Assembly: GCA_043228905.1 (NCBI GenBank)
Contig: JBHGNT010000620.1
Location: forward strand, 1-18,985
Direction: 5' to 3'
From: Azolla caroliniana
Lineage: Eukaryota > Plantae > Polypodiophyta
Length of the DNA: 18,985 bases
Shown: in pieces, positions 8,831 to 18,985 of the stretch
Layout: every line of letters begins with the position of its first letter
How positions within the stretch are numbered: the first letter of the stretch is position 1
The notes under the pieces: generated by a model
The model's input: only the letters and a program-made list of their open reading frames with translations
Told to the model about the DNA's origin: nothing
Databases searched by the model: none
Program-made: the position numbers and the translations under genes

Positions 8831-9269
8831 TGTTGAGTGACAAGATCAACATTGGGTGCGTAATATGGCGTGTAACCCTGTGCGTAGACTGGATGCGTAA
8901 GTTGGTACGCACAATCTGGCCGTATCGGTGTGTAAACCGAAAGGCCGTTAGAGAGATATTCCTCGTAAAGAATAATTTTGGGAGTGAGTGTCGAGGCTCA
9001 TTCATGAGCAGTCAAGTACTATCAGTACTTGTGTCAGCTTGATTGTCAGGGCTTGTATATAAGGTGCTCACCGAGCACGAAGTATGTACACAACAGAGAG
9101 TCATTATTTTGAATTTGAGTTTTACGTTGTCTACTCTCTCACTCTCTCACTCTCTGTCTCTCCCTCTCCATCTCCATCTCTGCGTTTTCTGAGTTTACCG
9201 AATTGCCTTGTTTCCGAACTGTGTACTCTGCGTTTACGCACACGCTTCTGCACAACGTATTCTTTCACA
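8831..9269 (+). repeat. 5' LTR of element A, inverted relative to the element body
   Basis: TGTTGAG...TTTCACA, followed directly by the PBS and preceded by TSD ATTAT. Confidence 0.95.
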
Positions 9270-9281
9270 TGGTATCAGAGC
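9270..9281 (+). promoter_or_regulatory. PBS (tRNA-iMet) of element A
   Basis: TGGTATCAGAGC. Confidence 0.95.
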
Positions 9282-9380
9282 GCAAGGGTTGAAGTCCTCT
9301 GCAGCCGACAAGAAAAGCTTGCGACAAAACAAAGTTGAAGTTGTTCTTCATTCTTTTTTGAAAAAGAAAAAGACAGTACT

Positions 9381-9557
9381 ATGGACAGAGGAATGAGAAG
9401 CTCACTTCGGACTGAAAAGCTTGACAGAAGCAACTATGCATCTTGGTCTTACATCTTGGTCTTACACGATGCACCAGTACCTGCTCGGCCATGGCTACTG
9501 GAGTTATGTCGAAGGAGCAAACGATGTGGCACCCGACTCGACACACTGGGACTATCC
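9381..9557 (+). pseudogene. gag: N-terminus of gag of element A
   Basis: MDRGMRSSLRTEKLDRSNYASWSY, a 13-bp duplication frameshift, then TMHQYLLGHGYWSYVEGANDVAPDSTHWDYP. It continues on the minus strand at 8371. Confidence 0.88.
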
Positions 9558-10085
9558 TTCAAAGAGTCGGAAAACAGGAGCCGAGTTGATGAGGAACTGG
9601 CCGAGGCCGAAACTGGAATCGTGTAAATAGCCAACTCAGGAGAGTATGTTTGTAAGTAGTCTAAGTGTGCGCCCCATGAGGGCTACGTATGTAAATAACC
9701 GGAAAGTTGCATAAGAATATATGCAACTAGGGCAAGCTTTAGAGAGTGCAGACCAGAGTAAAAACAGAAGTTGTTGAACGTGAGAGAGTGGGACAGAGAG
9801 TGGGAGAGAAGGGAGAGTCGCGCCATAGCTGTGTGTGTAACAACAGACGTGAAGAGCCCTCTGCAGCTGATGCACTCGTGAGAGAGTGTTGTAATCTTCT
9901 TGCTATTGTATATCCACTATTTGTATAGTGAAGAATCTATTCCCGTGGTTTTTCCCCGTTTTAGGGTTTCCACGTAAATCTCTGTGTATTTTTTTGTTTA
10001 TCTTATCTTTCTGCCATTTTTCTTTAATTCATATTTCAGCGTCTAGTTTGTTTATTGTGATCTATTCCGCATGGATTTCTCAACA
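9554..10085 (+). repeat. Main part of the 5' LTR of copia element B
   Basis: Ends in CAACA before the PBS. Shares promoter and U5 motifs with LTR D (TGTAAATA.CCG.AAAGT...CTAGGGCAA and CCCGTGGTTTTTCCCC..GGGTTTCCACGTAAA). Confidence 0.85.
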
Positions 10086-10088
10086 AAC

Positions 10089-10100
10089 TGGTATGAAAGC
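10089..10100 (+). promoter_or_regulatory. Degenerate PBS (tRNA-iMet) of element B
   Basis: TGGTATGAAAGC (2 mismatches to TGGTATCAGAGC), 3 nt after the LTR end. Confidence 0.8.
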
Positions 10101-10113
10101 TTGAGATGCAAGC

Positions 10114-11501
10114 ATGGAAGAAGGTGTTAGCGGTTTCCCAGGTATGATAGTTCTGAACTCACAAAACTATGCAGACTGGAAGGTAAAGATGGAAGACCTT
10201 CTCATAGTTAAAGACTTGTACGAGCCAGTCGACAAAGAAGAAATACCCAGGGGGGTAATGGAGTCCGAATAGAAGCTTCTGAATAGGAAGACGATGGCCA
10301 CAATCCGACAATGTGTCAATGTAAGTGTTCTTCAACATGTGGCGAACGACACGAATGCCCACGAGATGTGGCAGAAGCTATCGGGTCTGTACGAGAGGAA
10401 GAATGCGCTAAACAGAACCTCGCTAATGAGAAAAATCATACGGCTGAAATACAGAGACGGTGAGAGCATTGTCGAACACATCAACACGTTCATGGGGTAT
10501 GTAAATCAACTTGCAACATCCAAGTTTCCCTTGGATGATGCAATGCAGGCCATCCTACTGATGTGTACGCTGCCGGAAAGCTGAGAGAACCTGGTGGTTA
10601 CACTGAGCACCTCCTGTTAAGAAGAGAACTCGTCTTTACAAACAGTGAAGACAAGCATCCTAAACGAGGAGGCAAGGAGGAAAGATAAAGGAGTCCTGTC
10701 CCAAACTGAGTCGAATCTGACTCAACATATGGACAGAGGAAGGGACCGGCGAAGAAGAAGTCCGCAACGAACGGACAAATCCCACGCCAGATCGAAGTCC
10801 AGGGGTACATTTGTGTGCTTTTATTGTGGAAAACCTGGACACTTCCAGAAGGACTGCCGACACATGAGAAAAGACAAGAGTGTCGGAAACAATGTCGAAC
10901 CCCAAAAGATTCCGGATGAAAAGAACACTTCGGCCATTTCTACGAGTAATGAAGAAATGTCGTTCATTTGTGAGCAGACAAGTGCAAATCTTGCAAGTGA
11001 AGAATGCACTTGGGGGATCGACTCTGGCACATCTTTCCATATTATTCCATCGAGAGTGTATTTTTCGACTTACATAGCCGAGGATCATGGCTATGTAAAG
11101 GTGGGTGATAGTGGAGAGTGCAAGATAACCGGAGTCGGAAGTGTATGCTTAACAACGTCGACAGGGTGTCGACTAACGTTGAAGGATGTTCGACACGTCC
11201 CCGATATCAGATTGAATCTGATTCTGACTGGAAGGCTTGACAACAAAGGCTACAGTGGTAACTTTCGGAATGGCAAGTGGAAATCTCATAGTGGCTCAAG
11301 CACAGTAAGAAGGCACATTGTACATGATGCATGCCCGACTGTGCAAATTGGAAATAAGTATGGCAGCCGACTCGATAGGGGAGATATGGCATAAGAGGCT
11401 AGGCCACATGAGTGAGAAGGAATGCACCTGTTAGCAGACCAAAAACTTCTACCAGAAGTCAAGGGAGTGCACGTGGAGAAGTGTGTTGACTGCTTAGCCG
11501 G
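10114..11501 (+). pseudogene. gag-pol: Element B gag, protease and GAG-pre-integrase (Tork/Tnt1-like copia), 3' truncated
   Basis: LNSQNYADWKVKMEDLL, CFYCGKPGHFQKDC zinc knuckle, WGIDSGTSFH protease, WHKRLGHMSEK and CVDCLAG. Stops at ~10270, ~10582 and ~10618, plus small deletions. Confidence 0.92.
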
Positions 11502-12037
11502 ATGGTGCAGACCCGGTGAGAACCGGATGAGGAGTACCTGGCTACGGAGAGCCGGATGGTGCAAACCCGGTGAGAACCGGATGAAGAGTACTCGACTATG
11601 GAGAGCCGGATGGTGTAGACTCGGTGAGAACCGGCTGACGAGTACCCGGCTACGGAGAGCCGGATGGTGCAGACCCGGTGAGAACCAGATGAAGAGTACC
11701 CGGCTACGGAGAGCCGGATGGTGCAGACCCGGTGAGAACCGGATGACGAGTACCCGGCAATCGCCGGATGATGCAAGCTCGGTGAGGAGTGCTCACCGGA
11801 TAAAGAGACATATTCGTAAATATGTTTCTGAGAGTCCATCGTGGCTATATTTGTAAATAGCCGAAAAGTCATATTAGTATAAATATGACTTAGGGCAAAC
11901 CTTTTCGTGTAGTTGTTGTCATTCTTGTTTGCGTAAGATTAGAGCGCGCAACTGTGTGTAGAGAGAGTGAGAGAGAGGAAGAGGTCGTTGCCTTTGTTGC
12001 AACCACCGCCTATGGCGAAGATAGAAAGCTCGAGGTC
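11496..12037 (+). mobile_element. Internal fragment of a family-D LTR with both termini missing, including ~5 copies of the 54-bp repeat
   Basis: Collinear with about 4950-5435: repeat array, GAGACATATTCGTAAATATG, TATA, GA-rich tract and GAGGTCGTT.CC. No TG...CA ends and no TSD. Confidence 0.9.
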
Positions 12038-14741
12038 AGCTAGATGATGAAGGCTACACGGCTAGCATCCGGAACAGTGTTATGAAGTTCAACAAAGGGA
12101 GCCTGATTGTGGCTCGGGCCCGGAAGATCAACACGTTGTACCTGATGAATGTTCGGTTATGCCCGGAGGAAGTGAACGTGGCATCCGACACTGCCGGTGA
12201 GCTATGGCACAAAAGGTTATGTCACATGAGCGAGAAGGGGATGAAGAGGCTTGCAGACGACAACCTCATTCCAGTGAAGAACGTGCACTTGGAGAAGTGC
12301 ATTGATTGTCTGGCTGGTAAGCAAAACCAGACCTCCTTCCAAACAAGGCCACCGACGAGACGAAATGCACCACTGGAGCTGGTGCATACTAATGGGTGTC
12401 AAGTGGACAGAAGTCACATGCAGGATCGCAGTACTTCGTAACGTTCATAGATGACCACAACCGGAAGCTGTGGGCCACACCATTGAAGACGAAGGCTCAG
12501 GTGCTATCCGTCTTCAAAGAGCTCCACGCGAGAGTGGAAAGAGAAACCGGCTGGAAGCTGAAGGTGGTTCGAGCAGATAACGGAGGAGAATACCGAGGGC
12601 AGTTCGAGGAGTATTGTTGCTCGAAGGGAATCCGGCTCGAATTTACCGTCTCGAAGACGCCGGAACTAAACGGGCTGGCCGAGAGGATGAACCGAACCAT
12701 AATGGAGAGGGTCCAGAGTATGTTGGCGCATGCAAAACTACCCAAGAAGTTTTGGGCTGAGGCACTATCGACGGCGACATATGTGATAAACAGATCACCC
12801 TCAGTACAGTTGGACGGAGACACGCCACAGAGAGTCTGGACCGGTAAGGAAGTGTCCTACCGGCATCTGAAGTTATTCGGGTGTCTTGCGTATGTGCATG
12901 TAGCTAAGGACCGGAGAGGAAAACTAGATCCGAAGACCCGGCCATGCATATTCCTCGGTTACGGCGATGATGAGTTCGGCTACCGAGTGTGGGACCCGAT
13001 CGACAAGAAGGTATGCCGGAGTCGAGATATTATCTTCATGGAGGACAAGATGCTCGCCGACTGGGAGTCGGAGAAGAAGATAATGAACTCCGAGTCGACC
13101 GGTAAGGATCGATTCTACGATGAGGAGACCCAACTGACAAGAGACCGGTTAGCACTCGAGGAACCAGCCGGTTACGGTGAGGATACCGAACCGGCAGAAG
13201 AAGAAGGAGAGGAAGCTGAAACCGGAACCGGCCAAAACCCCGAATCGGATTCGGATGAAGAGCAAATGGAGGAGCCGGTTACCGAAGCCCAAAGACGGAG
13301 ATATCCTCTTAGAGAGAGAAGACCCCCTCGAAGATTTCCGGATGCAGAGCATGTGCTGCTAACCGATGAGGGGGAGCCAGAAAGATTCCAAGAAGCGAAG
13401 GATGACACCCACATCCGCAAATGGTTAAGTGCCATGCAGGATGAGATGGATTCACTGCATGAGAACCATATGTACAAATTGGTGGAGTTGCCGAAAGGAA
13501 AGCGGGCACTCCGAAACAAGTGGGTGTACAAGTTGAAACCGGGAGATGCCGGCAACCCCCTGAGATACAAAGCCAGGATCGTGGTGAAGGGGTTCCAGCA
13601 GAAGAAGGGCGTGGACTTCGACGAGATATTTTCCCCGGTAGTAAAGATGACCTCTATCCGGACAGTGCTGAGTATAGCGGCAAGCATGGACCTCGAGGTA
13701 GAGCAGCTGGACGTGAAGACGACATTCCTTAACGGTGACCTCGAAGAGGAGATCTACATGTAGAAACCGGAAGGATTCGAGGAGAAAGGGAAGGAGCACC
13801 TGGTTTGCCGGTTGAAGAAGAGCATGTACGGACTGAAGCAAGCTCCCCGACAATGGTACCTGAAGTTTGACTCCTTCATAACCAATCAAGGGTACCACAA
13901 GACGCAGGCCGATCACTGCGTGTTTGTGAAGAAGTTTGAAGGAGGCGACTTCTTGATACTCCTTCTGTACGTGGATGACATGTTCATCATCGGACGGAAC
14001 CAAGCCAGAGTATGGATGCTGAAGAAGGCTCTCAACCGGACCTTCTCAATGAAAGACTTGGGTCCGGCAAGACAGATGTTGGGGATGCATATTATCTGGA
14101 ACCGGTCAATGAAGCAATTGTGGCTGTCATAGGAGAAGTACGTGACAAAGGTGCTTCAGCGGTTCAACATGTTAGATGCAAAACCGGTTGGATCGACACT
14201 TCCGACAAACTGCAAGTTATCCGGAAAGCAAAGCTCGAAGACGAAAGCAGAGAAGGCTGATATGATGAAGGTTCCATATGCCTCTGCCATCGGGAGCTTA
14301 ATGTACGCAATGGTGTGTACCCGACCAGATATAGGATACGCAGTCGGAGTGGTGAGCCGGTTTATGAGCAATCCAGGCAAGGAGCACTAGAACGCAGTCA
14401 AATGGATACTCCGGTACTTGAAGGGCACTTCGAATATGTGTCTCCGATTCAGCTCCGGAAAACCTCAACTTGACGGTTTTACCGATTCGGACATGTCGGC
14501 TGATGTGGATACGTGCCGGTCCACATCCGGGTATGTAATGACATATGCAGGGGGAGCTGCTTCATGGCAATCAAAGCTGCAGAAGACGGTTGCGTTGTCA
14601 ACCACGGAGGCGGAGTACATGGCGGCTATGGAAGCCGACAAGGAAATATTATGGATGAAGGACTTCATCGGAGAGCTGAGTATCAGGCAAGATGAATACC
14701 AGCTCTACTGCGACAGTCAAAGTGCCATCCACCTTGCTAAG
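12034..14741 (+). pseudogene. pol: Element C pol: GAG-pre-integrase, integrase, RT and RNase H 5' half (Tork/Tnt1-like)
   Basis: GQLDDEGY, LWHKRLCHMSEKG, YFVTFIDD, RADNGGEY, NGLAERMNRT, KWVYKLK, QLDVKTTFL, LYVDDM, GFTDSD, LSTTEAEY and YCDSQSAIHLAK. One frameshift near 12400 and TAG stops at 13761, 14130 and 14388. Confidence 0.95.
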
Positions 14742-15133
14742 TGTAGAAAGTAGCGTGCGGAAGCAGGTATGAAGACCGAACAGAAGGAAGAAGACTCAGG
14801 TTTAATGGAGAGCTTGAGCTTACGCAGTATACGCGGGAGAGACAGAGAGAGTGAGAGAGAACACAAGAACTATATTCAACAATAATACTCTGTCTGTACA
14901 TAAGACATGCTCAGTGAACACTTTTATACAAGTCCTAAAAGGACTGACCGAAGTACTGACAGTACTTCAATGCTCATCAAGAGCTCCTACACTAACTCCC
15001 AAATATATTCCTCACGGAATATCTTTCCTAACGACCTCCCAGTTTACGCACTCGGCCTAACCGATCGGTCCCAACCGATCCGGTCCTCGGTTTCTTCAAC
15101 CGATCCAGCCGATGTTGAGCTTGTCCCTCAACA
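14742..15133 (-). repeat. 3' LTR of element E (392 bp)
   Basis: Minus strand TGTTGAG...TTCTACA, preceded by PPT CTTGAGGGGGAG at 15145-15134. Confidence 0.95.
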
Positions 15134-17833
15134 CTCCCCCTCAAGCTCAACTTGAGGCTCTTCGGGATCTTCACAGCACCGGTTCCTCCTGGCTTCTCGC
15201 CTCGCTCGTGCTCCTCGACCTGTTCGACTCCGTGCTCTTCGACCCTTCCGGTCGGCTTGTCTGCTCATGCGGCCCTTATCAGCTCTTCTGTTGTTGCGGT
15301 GTTGACGCTTCTCCTGCTGCCTTTTCTTCCGCTTGGGCCTTGGTTGATTCAGCATATCTGAATCAAACATTCGAACCGACTCGGCTACCTCCGATCGGTC
15401 TTCGCTCTCGTCCGAGTTGGTTGTCTCCAACTCGTCTTCAGTCTTCTCGCTCTCGATGGCGTCATCTCCCCCATGCGTGGTTGGCTTCGGCTCTCTCCTT
15501 CGGCTGCTCCCCCTCTGTCCGCTTCCGGACTTTTCCACGGGTCCGCCCTCGGCTTCTTCAGCCGATCCGAAGTCGAACTCGTCAACTGACTCGGTGTTGC
15601 GGTCTCCGCTCCTTTCCTGCTACCTTGCTTGGTCGTTCGGGACTCTTCTCCTCCTCAAGTTCAGCACATCGAGGTGGCGCAACCCGAGCGCACCTGAGAA
15701 TTGCCACAACTTGTCCAGACCAAGAGGCTTTGTGAAGATGTCAGCACTCTGCCGATCCGTCGGCACGTACTGAATTTCGACTTCACCGGAAAGAACATGC
15801 TCACGAACGAAATGGTAGTGCACCTCAATGTGCTTGGTCCGTGCGTGGAAAACGGGGTTCTTCGCGAGCTGGATGCTGCTGAGGTTGTCGCAGTAGCTCG
15901 TCGTCGGATCTGACACCTCCACCTATAGGTCCTTAAGTAGCCGCTTCAACCATATGGCTTCGCATGTCGCGACAGCCGCTCCTCGGTACTCAGCTTTGGT
16001 ACTCGACAGTGCAACTGTCGGCTGCTTCTTACTGCTCCACACGATCGCGGCACTCCCGAGCGAGAACGCGTATCCGGACGTGGATCGACGATCGGCGGCG
16101 TGGCCAGCCCAATCAGCATCGGTGTCACCGACTAATTGCGCGGCTGCACCGGTTTGATATAGCAGTCCTCGGTCCTTAGTGCTACTTACATACCGTAGTA
16201 CGCGTTGCGCACACTAAAGGTGCTCCTCGGTAGGTCGCGCCATGAACTGACTGATCACACCGACCGGATAATTGAGGTCGAGTCGGGTGATGGTCAAGTA
16301 TATGAGGCTTCCGACAATTTCTCGAAACCTCGTCGGGTCGCATACCTTTTCCGTATCAGGACGAAGCTTGATGGTTCTGTCCAAAGGAGTCGAGACGGGC
16401 TTACAGTCGGCCATCCCGAGGTTGAAGAGCGTACTCAGCACGTAATGACGTTGGCTGATCAATATGCCTTCGGGGGTACGGATCACTTCGATCCCGAGGA
16501 AGTAATGAAGGTCCCCCAGATCCTTCATGTCGAACGATGCCGCAAGCTAGAGCTTCACGCGGTCGATTTCGCCTAGGTCGGCACTGGTGATGACCAAGTC
16601 ATCGACATATAGTAGAATACTAACCGGTCCGAGTCGACCTTTCCGGATGAACAGGGAAGAGTCTGATTTTGACGTGACGAAGCCCATCCGATGCAGTTGT
16701 TGCGTGATCTTCGCGTTCCAGGCACGCGAGGCTTGCTTCAGTCCGTAACGGGACTTCTCGGCCTTTGCGTCCAACTTCCTCCTTTTCTCCTTCGGTACAT
16801 GCACATACAGAATGCTACCGAACACCCTCAAGTGTCGCAAGTTCGGCTTCATTCCGAAATATAGCTGGTGCGCCGACACTTTGTCTCCGATCCGGTTCTG
16901 GAGGTATGCCGCGGTCCTTACCGCCTCGGCCCAGTAGAACTTGGGCAAGCTCTTCTCCTCCAGCATTGCCCGTGCCGCTTCCACAACTGACCGATTCTTC
17001 CTCTCGGCCACGTTGTTCTGCTCCGGCGTGTATCTGCAACTGAATTCTCACCGAATTCCCATTTGTTGTAGATAACCGTTGAATTGACCGGACAAGTACT
17101 CTTTCCCGCCATCCGACCGCAGGCACTTGATCTTTCCTCCCGTCTCCGTTTTCACGAACCCTTTGACGTCCCGAAAGCAGTCGAAGACTTCGCTCTTCCT
17201 CTCAATGAGGTAGATCCACATGTGCCGCGTGTGGTCGTCGATGAAGGAGACGAAATATCGGCTCCCGCCAAGACTAACGTTTTGTGCCGACCCCCATACA
17301 TCGGAGTGTATAAGGTCGAGCTTATTCCGGCTCCGGTTTCGCTGGTTTGGGAAAGGAAGTCGGTGTTGCTTCCCGAGCTGGCAGGCTTCACAAATTTGTG
17401 CCTTTCGGCCACTAAATTTGGGCAATCCGAATACTACTTGTTTCGTTTGCAGATCTTGAAGCCGCTGGTAGTTGACGTGGCCTATCCGCTTATGCCACAA
17501 GTCGATGTCCGACTTGGTTTTTCTTCCCTTTGCGAACATTGCGGTGCCGCCGTCAGTGGAGTCGAGGATGAACATCCTCCCGTCTCTGCACCCTTGCGCA
17601 ATCACACGACCTTCTTCCTCAATGAAGCACCTGAGGTGTGTAAACTGAACCTCCATCCCTTGCTCGACGATCTGTCCGACCGAGACCAAGTTTTTCGTGA
17701 TTGTCGGGATGTGCAACACGTTCATGAGTTTCCCTTTCTGCCTGACATGGCTAAGGGGAACTTCTCCGACATTCGCGATCGGATGCGGAGTGTCGTCTCC
17801 AGTTGCGACTACTCCAGGTTGTATCGGTTTTTC
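15128..17833 (-). pseudogene. pol: Element E pol: protease C-terminus, GAG-pre-integrase, integrase fused in frame to the RT 3' half, RNase H and C-terminal extension
   Basis: LWHKRIGHVN, LDLIHSDVWG, LRSDGGKEY, AERKNR, KLDAKAEK|SRYGLKQ junction, LYVDD and KNPVFHARTKHIEVHYHF. Confidence 0.93.
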
Positions 17834-18434
17834 AAAGTCCGGAAGCGGACAGAGGGGGAGTAGCCGAAGGAGAGAGCCGAAGCCAACCACGCATGGGGGA
17901 GATGACGTCATCGAGGGCGAGAAGACGAAAGACGAGTTGGAGACAGCCAACTCAGACGAGAGCGAAGACCGATTGGAGGTAGCCGAGTCGGTTCAGATGT
18001 TTGATTCAGATACGCTGAATCAACCGAGGCCCAATCGGAAGAAAAGGCAGCAGGGGAAGCGTCAACACCGCAACAACAGAAGAGCTGATAAGGGTTGCAT
18101 GAACAGGTCGAGGTTTCAGATCTGACGACGATCTACTGCGACAACCTCAGCAGTATCCAGCTAGCGAAGAACCCCGTTTTCCACGCATGGACCAAGCACA
18201 TTGAGGTGCACTACCATTTCGTCCGTGAGCGTGTTCTTTCCGGTGAAGTCGAACTTCAGTACGTGCCGACGGATCGACAGACTGCCGATATCTTCACAAA
18301 GCCTCTTGGTCTGGACAAGTTGCGGCAATTCTCAGGTGCGCTTGAGTTGCGTCACCTCAATGTGCCGAACTTGAGGGGGAGAATAGTCCCGAACGACCAA
18401 GCAAGGCAGTAGGAAAGGAGCGGAGACCGCAACA
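17834..18434 (+). repeat. Inverted, order-swapped copy of the 3' region of element E
   Basis: 17834-18106 is the reverse complement of ~15533-15261. 18104-18434 is the reverse complement of ~15925-15595. Confidence 0.92.
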
Positions 18435-18785
18435 GAAGGAAGAAGACTCAGGTTTAATGGAGAGCTTGAGCTTACGCAGTATACGCGAGAGAGACAGAGA
18501 GAGTGAGAGAGAACACAAGAACTATATTCAACAATAATACTCTGTCTGTACATAAGACGTGCTCAGTGAACACTTTTATACAAGTCCTAGAAGGACTGAC
18601 CGAAGTACTGATAGTACTTCAATGCTCATCAAGAGCTCCTACACTAACTCCGAAATATATTCCTCACGGAATATCTTCCCTAACGACCTCCTGGTTTATG
18701 CACTCGGCCTAACCGATCGGTCCCAACCGATCCGGTCCTCGGCTTCTTCAGCTGATCCGGCCGATGTTGAGCTTGTCTCTCAACA
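18431..18785 (-). repeat. 5' LTR of element E, lacking ~37 bp at its U5 end
   Basis: Direct repeat of 14779-15133. No PBS follows it. Confidence 0.93.
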
Positions 18786-18985
18786 CTAAGAATGCGGCCT
18801 ACCATTCCTGGACGAAGCATATCCAACGAAGGTATGACTGGATCCGAGAAAGAGTAGATGACCAGGAGTTCGCACTGATGAAGATCCACACAGCCGAGAA
18901 CGGGTCAGATATACTGACCAAAGTACTGATACCCAATAAGCTAGATGCATGCCGGAAGCGGATCGGACTAGTAAGACATCCTATG
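18786..18985 (+). pseudogene. pol: Element C RNase H 3' half; runs to the window edge
   Basis: KNAAYHSWTKHIQRRYDWIRERVDDQEFALMKIHTAENGSDILTKVLIPNKLDACRKRIGL. Confidence 0.93.

Larger units (their letters stand above)
2557..9557 (-). mobile_element. Ty1/copia element A; complete in parts list but its 5' end is inverted
   Basis: Two 439-bp TG...CA LTRs about 94% identical (~25 mismatches by eye), PBS, PPT, and gag-PR-INT-RT-RH order. TSD ATTAT at 8826-8830 (+) and 2556-2552 (-). Confidence 0.92.
14742..18785 (-). mobile_element. Ty1/copia element E (related to A), rearranged and non-autonomous, nested in the RNase H of C
   Basis: TSD CTAAG at 14737-14741 and 18786-18790. Removing it restores SAIHLAKNAAYHSWTKHIQRRY. 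Direct-repeat LTRs about 96% identical by eye. Confidence 0.95.

Noticed and set aside
2557-9269. DNA transposon with 439-bp terminal inverted repeats
   Set aside because: The repeats have TG...CA ends, a PBS and a PPT. Their orientation is explained by the 8376-9553 inversion.
13172-14003. Long antisense ORFs over pol (also 6932-7453, 10660-11088 and 17084-17863)
   Set aside because: They are codon shadows of pol with no recognisable motifs.
17048-17950. 300-aa ORF with a novel N-terminus on integrase
   Set aside because: The first ~39 residues are antisense translation of the inverted duplicate, fused by chance to the protease.

Overview
Eukaryotic, almost certainly land-plant, intergenic or heterochromatic DNA made of nested, decayed LTR retrotransposons. 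I find no intact host gene, RNA gene or CRISPR array. From left to right: (1) the 5' end of a Gypsy/Tat-like element on the minus strand (1-618); (2) a composite minisatellite and short repeats (678-1785); (3) a degenerate, intron-containing fragment of a beta-class DNA amino-methyltransferase (N4-C/N6-A) gene that the ORF track misses (~1791-2209), the most unusual item here; (4) Ty1/copia element A (LTRs 2557-2995 and 8831-9269, TSD ATTAT), with solo LTR D in its RT (4882-5671, TSD TACTT); (5) a 1.18-kb inversion (8376-9553) that breaks both gag of A and the 5' LTR of the next element B; (6) Tork/Tnt1-like copia B joined through a D-family LTR fragment to a second Tork-like pol, C; (7) copia element E (14742-18785, TSD CTAAG) inserted in the RNase H of C, with an in-frame ~1-kb deletion and a circularly permuted inverted copy of its own 3' region in place of PBS and gag. 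All alignments and identities were done by eye and are approximate.
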